64,000 bases of DNA from Octopus vulgaris. Its lineage: Eukaryota. Positions 53,199 through 64,000 of the stretch are shown one piece after another. Numbering within the stretch: position 1 is the stretch's first letter; each line of letters starts with the position of its first letter. Position numbers and translations under genes: made by a program. The notes beneath the pieces are model-generated. The model worked only from the letters and a program-made list of their open reading frames with translations, was not told where the DNA came from and did not search any database. Where the stretch lies: contig OX597814.1 of assembly GCA_951406725.2 (NCBI GenBank), positions 109,058,001 through 109,122,000 on the forward strand, given 5' to 3'.

Positions 53199-56100
53199 CT
53201 GAAAATAAAATAAACAGATGACATCACAGTATAAAGCCCCAAGCCATTAAATTTTTTCAGGGGTGGGGAGAGAGCAATTAATCGATGATATCAATCCAAG
53301 TACTTAATTGGTAAATTATTTTATTGCCCCCACCACCACCACCACCACCAAAATTATGAAAAGTAAAGATGACTTTGATGGGATTTGAACTCAGAAACTG
53401 AAGAGCCATAACTTAAATATCAACCCCAAAATCCAATGATCTAATGATGCTGCCTCTTCAAGGTTATAAACACTGAAGATACACTCACATGGACGTTACC
53501 ACTGAGCCATAAATACCACAGAATGGCCAAGTGAAAGTTTATAGAAGCATCTTACTCAATAACATCCAATATATATAAACAATACATAGTGGTTAGGTTG
53601 GTTATGTGTGTTGCACTCATGACCATAAGATCATGGGTTCGATTCCCAGACTGGTTGTACATTGTGTTCTTGAGCAAAAACCCTTCATTTCAAATTGCTC
53701 TAATCCACTCAGTTGTAAATGGCTCACCCTGTGACAGAATAGTCTTCTGGTCAGGGGTAGTGTTGGCCTTCTTGCCCAGCTAACGGGGTGGCATCATTCG
53801 AAAGCTAAAACAATAAAAAGCGTATTGTGACCAGCAATGATAGTCAACAACATCTGATAAGTCTGGTTGATCATGTGACTACATGGTGTACCCAGTATAA
53901 ATCATAACAAACGTGATATTTCTTCTTCAACCCAAAGTACCCAACCCTGTAACTGCCTTCAGCTGAACAACTGCCAACCCAACAGTAAATGTACTTCCAG
54001 AAGACTTATTTAACACAGTTTCATCATTTTAAAGGCTGTTTTCCCATGTTAGCCTGACTTAGACGGGAGGAAAATCAAAGTTGGATTTTTACAATTAGAC
54101 ACACTTATTAATGCCAATCCTCACCTGTTTTTCAAGTTAGGGATTTCTTATTACAAAGGAATTTAAAAGGGCAAAGCTGTTGGATGATTTATGGAGAAGA
54201 AATGTCAATAAACATCATCAGTTGAAGTCCAACCACAAACGGTGACGTTACCATTTGCAGCTGAGCTGTAAATGTTGAGGTGACATACACACAGACACCC
54301 ATACCTAAGTATGTATACCCACACATACACATATTTCAGTTTCCATTTATCAAATTCCTTCACAAAACATTGGTCAGCCTGAGGCTATAATAGGAAACAC
54401 TTGCCCAAGATGCCATGTAACAGAAGTGAATCTGAAACCATTATGGCTGAGAAACACACTTCTTAACCATACAGCCATATATGCACCTATAAAATAGGTA
54501 CTGGACTAACATAAAATCCTCTCAAAACATACAATAACTAACATGCTTACTCTTTCAGTCACCAACTCAGAAGCTTCAGTAATACTTTATCTAATTCTAT
54601 GCTGAACCTCAAATCTTGAGATATGAACTTTGACAATAATTGGAAAATGACATATTGTGCTAGCTCTTTGCTCTCATTTTAATAAACAAATAAACTTCTC
54701 ATTTCTGACATATTAGAAATATTACTTCCTTGCCCAAGTAACTACTCAACCATTATTAAATCTTTTCCACTGGTAAGCCATTAAATTTAATCACTGAACC
54801 ATTAACTTTAGTTGTTGAACCAATAACTTTAGTCAACCATCAACTTTAATCACTGAGACTAACATTCCTTTCTGCACTTTTTAATTGTTTCTTTACAATT
54901 TTCTTTCAAACAGTAAAACTAAATAAGATTTTTTCTCTCTATATTTCTCAATCACATGGTTTTATATTTAATCTCTGTCTTCTGCTATAGAACCATGGCA
55001 ACCAAAGCCTCATGAATGGATTTGGTAGATAGAATGAAAGAAGCCTATCATATACATACACACACCGAGATATACATGCGCGCACACGTGTGTTTGTGTG
55101 TTGACAATTACGGTTCTCTGAAAATCACAGAATTACTAGCAGTGGCATTGCTATCATTTCCCCTGTCAACAAATCATCTGCTGGTTCTGCATCTTTGAAG
55201 ACGTATGGAACAGGAGACCCCTTACTTGAAAAACAGGAAAGGGTTGGTGACAGGAAGGGCATCCAGCTCTGAAACAACATTTCAATGATATATATACTCC
55301 TCAAACCCATGCTAGCATGGTAAAATGGATGTAAAAAAACAAAAGAACAAAGGAATAATCTAGATTTGTCACTCATCTGTCTCTCTTTCTCTCTTCACTA
55401 CACACGAAGACAATGAATCTCTCCTGCTCGCTGTACCAAGCAACCAGTCTAATCCTCTCGTCTTCCTGACACTCAACAGATCTCCTCTCACAAGGACCAT
55501 GCTACCTATGTGTAACAAGGGAAGGTACTGGATCTACCCATGCTCAATCCCCATCACCACCACCTTTTCTATACTTATGGTCAACTTGCCCCTCTCTCTT
55601 TCTCACCCTCCACCATCATACCCAAGTTCCCTTTCCCATCCCACACCACACGTTAATTTATCCTGTCATCATTATTTCACCTGTTTCTTACTCTCTTGGT
55701 TGAATCCCATTGGGTGAACAAGCATAGCACAGTGAGGACCCTTTAGTCTTGCAGAACAGAAGGAGACCTCTCCACACACACTTGTATTCATAATCATTAC
55801 CAACCCCTCTGCATTATTACTGTCTTGAGTCCTAGGACTCACGGGGCTGGTCACCTACTTTCCATGATAATGGATCATTCTCAAGTCAAAAAGACTCACA
55901 GGGCTGGTTTGCTGGTTTCTGTGCTGCACATATTCCCCACCTGGATGGGACGCTAGTCCATTGCAGGTTAACTCATTCTTGCCAGCTGAGTGGACTGGAG
56001 CAACATGAAGTGTTTGGCTGAAGAACACATCACCTGGTCCAGCAATCAAAACTACAATCCTACAATAATCATTAAGCCATGCAATGTCACACCTGGTTTC

Positions 56101-58011
56101 CCATGACCTTTAACTAACTGAGGCCACAATGTTATCCTTGAAGGAAACACCAATCCATCACAGGGTTAACTCATTTACAGCTGAGTAGACTGTGGCAATG
56201 GGAAATGAAGTGTTTTGCTCAAGTACAAAATGCACTGCCAAGTCCAAGAATTGAAACCATGACTTTGAGACTGTAAATGCAACAATCACTAAGCCAAGCA
56301 ACTTCAACCCTGGCATTAATGTCACAAAAAAACAAAAATGCACTCAGGCCACTGCTAAGCATTTTGCATCCACTTTCCCTAATATTTGTGTTAACTGGTT
56401 CAAATGGTACTTTAAGTTGCGTTCCTTTTACATGGAAAGGTAACCAAGCCATTCAATAAAGATTGATTAAAAGCTCTTCATGACACTGCTCCAGCATGGT
56501 CATAGCTCAAGAAGTATCGACTGTTCCTTATTTATATACAGACACATACATCATCATTGTTGCTTAACATCTGCCTTCCATGCAGGCATAAGTTGGATGG
56601 GTTGACAGGAACCAGCCAAGTAGACGTCTACCTCTGGCTAGTGCGTCTGTTTTGGCAGGGTTTTAGTGGATGGATGCCCTTCCTAACACCAACTACTCCA
56701 CAACTTACAAATACACACTGTTCACTGTGACACGTCTCTATCATCATCGTTTAACGTCCGTTTTCCATACTAGCATGGGTTGGACAGTTCGACCGAGGTC
56801 TGGGAAGCCAGAAGGCTGCACCAGGCTCCAATCTGATCTGGCAGTGTTTTTACAGCTGGATGCCCTTCCTAACGCCAACCACTCCATGAGTGTAGTGGGT
56901 GCTTTTTACATGCCACCAGCACAGGTGCCAGGGGAGGCTGACAACAGTCACAATCGATTCGTGCTTTTTACGTGCCACCAGCACGGAAGCCAGTCAAGGT
57001 GGCACTGGCATCGACCACGTACGGATGGTGCTTTTTACATGCCACCGGCACAGGTGCCAGGGGAGGCTGGCAACAGCCACAATCGGTTGGTGCTTTTTAC
57101 GTGCTCTAACTCTTTCCTTCCCTCCCTCTGCTTCCTTGTCCTACAGGAGTAGACAAGTATCTATAGTAAGACAACTACCTGTCACCCTCTGTCATACTCT
57201 AATCTCTCACCTGGCTCACAATCACTTCTCTCAATTGCACTCCTTCTCTTAGCTGAGAGGTCCTTGTCTTGCAAGCTACCTGACAATCCTGCAGGTGCTG
57301 GCACCATCAAAAAGCACCCAGTATCCAGCCATAGAGACCTTACCAAAATAGCCAGGTGCAGCCCTCCAGCTCCTATCAAACCGTCCAACCCATGCCAGCG
57401 TGGAAAAATGGACATTAAATGATGATGATGATAACAACACATGTACATTACAGTTGTCTATATCATCATCATCATCATTATCATTTAACGCCCGTTTTCC
57501 ATGCTGGCATGGGTTGGATGGCTTGACCAGGGTCTGGCAAGCCATGGAGGCTGCACCAGGCTCCAGTCTGATTTGGCAGTGTTTCTATAGCTGGATGCCC
57601 TTCCTAACGCCAACCACTCCGTGAGTGTAGTGGGTGCTTTTTACGTGCCAGGCGAGGCTGGCAACAGCCACAATCGGTTGGTGCTTTTATGTGTCACCGA
57701 CACAGACGCCAGTCAGGAGGCGCTGGCATCTGCCACATTCGGACAGTGCTTTTTACATGTCACTGGCACAGGTGTCTTAACTACAATATATATATATATA
57801 TATCATCATCATCATCATCATCATCGTTTAGCGTCCGTTTTCCATGCTAGCATGGGTTGGACAGTTCTACTGGGGTCTGTGAAGCCAGAAGGCTTCCTCA
57901 GGCTCAGTCAAATCTGGCAGTGTTTCTACGGCTGGATGCCCTTCCTAACGCCAACCACTCCGTGAGTGTAGTGGGTGCTTTTTATATATATAGAGAAAGT
58001 GTAGTGGGTGC

Positions 58012-58079
<68 letters not shown>

Positions 58080-60324
58080 CAACTGGCTGTACCAGGCTCC
58101 AAACTGATCTGGCAGAGTTTCTACAGCTGGATGCCCTTCCTAACACCAACCACTCCAAGAGTGTATGGGTGCTTTCACGTGCCAGTCAGGCCGTACTGGC
58201 AACAGCCACGCTCGAATGGTGCTTTTTACGTGCCACCTGCACAGGAGCCAGTCCAGCAACACTGGCAACAACCTCGCTCAACTGTATTTTCACATGCCAC
58301 CAACACAAGTGCCAGTAAGGCGACGCTGGTAATGATCATGCTCGAATGGTGCTTTTTACATGTCACTGGCACAGGAGCCAGTCAGCTGCTCTGGCAACAA
58401 TCACACTCGGATAGTGCTCTTAGTGCTCCACTAGCACGGATGCCAGTCATTGAATTTCAATATCGATATATATGTTTATATATAAAATTGAAAACGAAGA
58501 GGAGAGTGGAGATTTATTCACATCTTTTAGTATCTTTTACTTGTTTCAGTCATTTGATTGCGGCCATGCTGGAGCACCACCTTTAGTCGAATCAAATCGA
58601 CCCCAGGACTTATTCTTTGTAAGCCTAGTACTTATTCTATCGGTGTCTTTTGCCAAACCGCTAAGTAACAGGAACGTAAACACACTAGCATCAATTGTTG
58701 AGCGATGTTGGGGGACAGACACACACACAAATATATATACACATATGCAATGAGCTTCTTTCAGTTTCCGTCTACCAAATCCACTCACAAGGCTTTGGTC
58801 GGCCCAAGGCTATAGTAGAAGACACTTGCCCAAGGTGCCACACAGTGGGACTGAACCCGGAACCATGTCGTTAGTAAGCAAGCTACTTACCACACAACCA
58901 CTCCTAGTTTTTCTACAGTATAATATAACAATGACCAACAGATGTTTCTACTGCAGTAACTGAACATTACTCTGTATGCAATTATGCATCCTAGTCGCTG
59001 CAAGTTCATCAAGGGTCCATCACGTATGACATTTTCAAAGTGAACTGATTCAAACAAACTTCCTGCATTGGTATTCAGTTGAAGGTGACAGTGTAATTTT
59101 TAAAATCCAAAATGAATTCTGGTCTTAGAATCACCTCCGTTGCTTTTACAGTTGAATCGTGGTTTTAAAATGTTTATTTATATTACAATTAATTTTTAGC
59201 AGTTCTGTATACATTTTACTGCTATAATTTGTGCTCTATCACTCTTCTAACAATGGCACCATCATGAGAGCAGACCCTGCACATATTTCATCCTCTTTCA
59301 ACTGGTTACCTCCCCTCTTCTCTGGAACCCCTTCTTTTTGACATCCATCCCATCCCATATAATTCCCCACCAACCACCCCTTTCTATGCCTCTAGTTATC
59401 TTCCCCTCCCCTCTGAACTACATCTTAGGACTGCCTAACCTCATCTTTAACACCTTCTTTTATCTACTTTTATTCTCATCATCCTCTATGTGCCATTAGA
59501 GCCCCACCCCAACCTTTGTCCCCCACTCACTACAGCTAACCCTATGTACTTCAAACATCCATCTCTGTTACTGCACACTTCTCTCTCTATCTTCTCCTAC
59601 TCTCCCACCCCACATATTGGCTCTATTTTCTGATCTATCAACAGGTTTGTTAAACAATTACTCCCCACACTTCCTCTACTGCCACTTCTCACCACCTACT
59701 TCTTAGCAACTTTTTCTTTTTTACCATCTCCTCTATACTGATATTTGCCATCAGAGGCCTCTACCCTTGCTCCATTCACCATATTCACCTCTGCACTCAT
59801 CCATAATCATCTCTCCCTCTCCTCTGACACTCTTCTGATTCTTTGTATTTTCTCTTATACTCACCTTCCTTGTTGTATCTTTGGCAAGTAGGCTCTGGCG
59901 CCTCATCACCACAATGAATGTCTTCTTCCAAACCACCCTTATACCTTGCAGGGCAGCCATGTATCCCTTTTGTGTTCGTCCCCCTACCATACCTCAGCCT
60001 CTCAACACTTGACATAAGTCGACCTCCCTCTCCACTACAATTCCAATCAGTCGAGAGGGTTTCGTTTTTCTTTGTATTGCAATTTACTCAGCAAGCTCTG
60101 TAAGAATGGTTAGCATTAGAAAGGACATCCAGGTACAAGCTAAAACAGACACTCAATTTTGACACAGTCCTCTTGCTCACTGGACCCTGTCTAACCATCC
60201 AAACTATTCCAATATGGAAGGCAGACATATGACAATGACAATGATGGTGATAATGGTGATGATGACATTTACGTACATATACATATACACCTCTGTCTAC
60301 TTACATATCCATGTATAATTATAT

Positions 60325-60725
60325 TTACTTATATATGATGGCAGTGAAACATGGGCCTTGAATGCAGAGGAGCTGAGAAGACTGGAAAGAAAGGAAGCGA
60401 GCAAGCTCTGTTGGATGTGCAATGTGAGTGTGCATGAAAGGGTTAGTAGAAAGGCGCTGGGTGAAAAAAACGGCATAAAAGGTATCAGATGCTGTGTTTG
60501 AGAAAGAAGATTGCATTGGTATGGACATGGGTTACGTATGGAAGGAGGACAGCTGTATGAAGAAACGACAATTGCCTAATGTGGTTGGAATTTACAGAAG
60601 ACAGAAACCCAAGAAGACATGGGATGAAGTAGTTAAGGCCAACCTCAGGACCCTGAGCTTCCCTGAGGAGATGACAAAGGGTCAGGATCTCTGGCAAAAT
60701 GAGGTTCTCACAAACACCTGCCCTC
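60325..60725 (+). mobile_element. Decayed RTE-like 3' fragment (similar piece at about 22130-22350)
   Basis: gcagtgaaacatggg...RLHWYGH...EDSCMKK...PKKTWDEVVKANL, an RTE C-terminal pattern. Confidence 0.6.
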
Positions 60726-61748
60726 ATCAGCGAGACTCCAGCTATGTTATCATGACTCTCCCAACCCCAATTGCATCTGGCCAACCTCTTCCTTACCCCT
60801 CAGCTCTTATAGACAACCCAATCACATCATCGTTCTCTCTGGTCCTTTTCCTCTGGCAACTGTATTATCTTTACTCTTTTTTTTTTATTGCCCACAAGGG
60901 GCTAAACATAGAGGAGACAAACAAGGACAGACAAAGGGATTAAGTCGATTACATTGACCCCAGTGCGTATCTGGTACTTAATTTATCGACCCCGAAAGGA
61001 TGAAAGGCAAAGTCGACCTCGATGGAATTCGAACTCAGAATGTAGAGACAGACGAAATACCAATAAGCATTTCGCCCAGAGAGCTAACGTTTCTGCCAGC
61101 TCGCCACCTTCTTTAATACTCTTGCCACACCCCACCCCATTTTCTCCACAGCTCAGGGATTTTCGTTCATTCACCCTTCAAACCCTACACATTTTGCCAT
61201 ACTTCCCCTATGCCCTCATTCTCTTTCCCAACCAATCTTGCAAACCACTCACCCACTCGCTCCTACTCAACTTGTACCTTGTGGGCCCACTTGGGTACCT
61301 CATCACCATTATCTACCTTTAACAGCACCGACTGGTCATTTTCTTTCTTCTCCTTGCTGCTTCTGCCCACAGATCCCTCTACAAGAACTCACTCTGCACC
61401 CCCTTCCTTCTCATAGTAACACCTTCATCCCCTAGCATGAAGCTGGCCCTACTCAACACCTCATCCACCATTTGTGACCTTGTGAGCTGCATCACAACCT
61501 CACTAGTGCTGCTGGCACAAGAAGAAAAAGAAAAGTACCCAGCACACACTGTAAAGTGGTTGGCGTTAGGAAGGGCCTCCAGCTAAAGAAAAACCATGAC
61601 AAAGCAGACACTGGGACATGATGCAGTCCTCCATGCACCTATCAAAACCGGTCAAGCTCCTCAACCCATGATGGAACGGAACACGGATGTTAAATGATGA
61701 TGATGATGACAACAATCATGATGATATATATGTACACTTATATTTATC

Positions 61749-61839
<91 letters not shown>

Positions 61840-61852
61840 ATATATATATATA

Positions 61853-63134
61853 TCAGGTCATCCCATAAGTTCTATCTGATTTTACCTTTTTTAAAAATTG
61901 AATGAAATTTAATAGTATTTTAGAATGTCTAATGGAATTTAAAATTATTTCTATGCATTTGTGTACATTTAAATCAATTAAATATTATTTTACAGAATAA
62001 TAGAATTAAAATTTCTTTGATTAAAACCCTTTCTAACATGGAAGTATCCATAGAGCAACTGAGGCACATAATGCTTTATGAGTACAAAAATGGAAACTCT
62101 GCAGCCGAAGCGACTCGAAACATACACTCAGTTTATGGGAAAGAATGCTTAATGAAAGAACTTGCAGAATATGGATTGCAAAATTCAGGAGTGGAGATTT
62201 CAGTCTTGAAGATGAAGATTGAACAGGACATCCAGTTGAGTTTGATGATAAGCTCCTTGAGGCATTATTTGAAGAAAATCCTGCATTATCAGTTGAATTA
62301 GCAATAAAGCTTAATTCAAACAATACAACTGTTCATCATCATCTTCAACAACTTGGAAAGGTTCCAAAACTTAGAAAATGGGTGCCTCATGAATTGTCCG
62401 AAAGCAACTGCAAATCCCAAGTTGACATCTGCTCTTCTCTCCATTCTCACAAACTAATTTCACTCTTTTTGGTTAGTCTAGTGACTGGTGACGAAAAATG
62501 GATCTTCTATCGAAATGTTAAACGTTGTAAACAGTGGCTTGGTAAAAATGAAAAAGCTCAACCACAACCGAGAAGGGAACTTCATGGGAAAAAGGCTTTT
62601 CTCTCTATCTTGTGGGATTGCAAAGGAGTAATTCACTTTGAATTGTTACCACCTAATGCAACAATCAATGCTCAAATCAACTGTCAGCAATTAGAGTGTT
62701 TGAATCAAGCTTTCAAGAAAAAAAGACCCGCTTTAGTGAATCGAAAAGGAGTGATGTTTCATCAGGACAACGTGCAACCCTACATTGCAAAGATCACATC
62801 ACAGAAGATTGAAGAGCTTGGTTGGGAAAAAATTCCTCATCCACCTTATTCTTCTGACCTTGCTCCTTCAGCCTACCATTTGATTTGTAGTTTACAGAAT
62901 CATTTGGGGGACATAACTTTCACAAGCCACAAGGAGGTCGAAACTGACATTTCAGAGTTCTTCGCTTTGAAACCAAAAAAGTTTTACATTGATGAGATTA
63001 AAAAGCTTGTAAATAGATGGAGGGAAGTCATACATAATCAGGGAAAGTACATTGATGATTAAATTTCAATTAAATATAACATTTTAATCACTTGTTTTCT
63101 TTATTCAAAATTCGGACAGAACTTATGGGATGAC
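61853..63134 (+). mobile_element. Mariner (DD34D) transposon, decayed
   Basis: TIRs gtcatcccataagttctatctgatttt (61857) and aaaattcggacagaacttatgggatgac (to 63134). TA on the left; length about 1.28 kb. Confidence 0.93.
62038..63062 (+). pseudogene. Mariner transposase pseudogene
   Basis: HTH region RHIMLYEYKNGNSAAEATRNI, then WVPHEL, VTGDEKWIFY, FHQDN and HPPYSSDLAPSAYHL (third catalytic D changed to A). Frameshift and stop in the N-terminal half. Confidence 0.92.
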
Positions 63135-64000
63135 ATTTTTTCTTTCTACATATGTTTCAAAAATTCCACTGATACTTATTCAAAAGAATAAAGGGTATAA
63201 ACAATGCAATCTTCTCTTCGGGAAAGTGAAAAAACGAAACTTGTCAATACGACATTTTAGCAAAAAATGATGGATTCGTATAGCGATAGACAGAACGCTA
63301 TTAATATTGTTTAAAAAAACGTTATATGATATAACGTCATAAGTAGCTAACAGACAGAGTAGGGATATTAATAGTGAATGTTAAATATAAAGGAAATTAA
63401 AGTCTAAACTATATATAATGATAGAGACTACTTATATGCACTAAAAGTATGTTTTTGCCAATGCTTACATCTGTATGCTCGTTCTATAACCGTGTTTACT
63501 AGAGTATTTTTAGAAAAAAATAATGAAAAATAGCTCAGAATTGCAGAGAAGACAGAATTTCCTGCCTTTGTCATATGGTATCGAAATTGAGAGGATCAAC
63601 CATTCCAAATGAAATTGTTCATTGTGGTCTTTTAAATTCCAAATCAGTTTGCTGAGACCGGTACTATTCCGTTTATTTCTATCCCTAAATGTTGAGTAAT
63701 GGATAGAAATTCTCTTAGATAACTCTAACGATGTGCTTCCAATGTAAAATCGTACTTTATTACGAGTACTGATTATACACTGGTATATAGAATTTTTAAT
63801 CTTAGAGTTACTTGACATAAATTTAATTCTATTGGGATTGACTTCAGATACAATAACCTTGTTATTAATATTTCTAGAGGGTTGGATGGTAGTAGCTAAA
63901 TTAATGTTAGTATTAGTAAATGTATTAATATTTAACAGTTTGTTATTATGAGAAGATATAATTTGCAAGAGATTTTTTGTGTTTGAAAAACCTATCCTAA
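63135..64000 (-). mobile_element. Penelope-like element 3' part: GIY-YIG endonuclease and pLTR
   Basis: IISSHNNKLL...SIYQCII...FYIGST...R...H..TF...ST.LSK.IWNLK...W.IL...Y......C.LC..E. The motif style resembles Naiad-type Penelope elements. Continues beyond the window. Confidence 0.85.
63142..63226 (-). ncRNA. Hammerhead ribozyme-like motif in the Penelope pLTR (CCGAAGA core)
   Basis: Minus strand: ctttc-CCGAAGA-[long stem II gaagattgcattg...ttattc-tttt-gaataa...cagtggaattttt]-GAAAC-atat-GTA-gaaag. Stem I is a perfect 5 bp. Confidence 0.65.

Noticed and set aside
54545-54680. Minus-strand gtaagc donor suggesting a further upstream HYDIN exon
   Set aside because: The required phase-2 frame has a stop three codons upstream, and there is no homology.
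59751-60015. Charged minus-strand ORFs as an upstream HYDIN coiled-coil exon
   Set aside because: There is no convincing acceptor/phase combination or homology, and they lie in a CT-rich low-complexity tract.

Overview
This is eukaryotic (animal) DNA, AT-rich and saturated with microsatellites. The SINE and simple-repeat landscape resembles an octopus or other coleoid cephalopod genome, but that is recall and not verified. The window is an internal part of one large minus-strand gene, HYDIN (ciliary central-pair protein). Nine well-supported GT-AG exons, a likely 30-nt microexon and a candidate 45-nt exon splice in frame from 53198 down to 2185. The introns are packed with mobile DNA. (1) Three head-to-tail CR1-group (APE-RT) LINE copies are each bounded by long (TA)n arrays; one has an intact ORF2 and one carries an ORF1 with a Myb/SANT-like domain and a CCCH finger. 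(2) A non-autonomous Gypsy-type LTR element has a tRNA-Leu primer site. (3) There is a decayed mariner and a Penelope-like GIY-YIG fragment. (4) Several hammerhead-ribozyme-like motifs occur, one inside a retrozyme-like insertion flanked by a target-site duplication (TSD). (5) There are Helitron/Helentron-type elements, RTE and R4/Dong fragments, and many tRNA-derived SINEs; one SINE family shares a covarying 3' hairpin with the LINE. A 100-N gap lies at 48348-48447. All homology calls come from motif recognition by eye; no searches were run.
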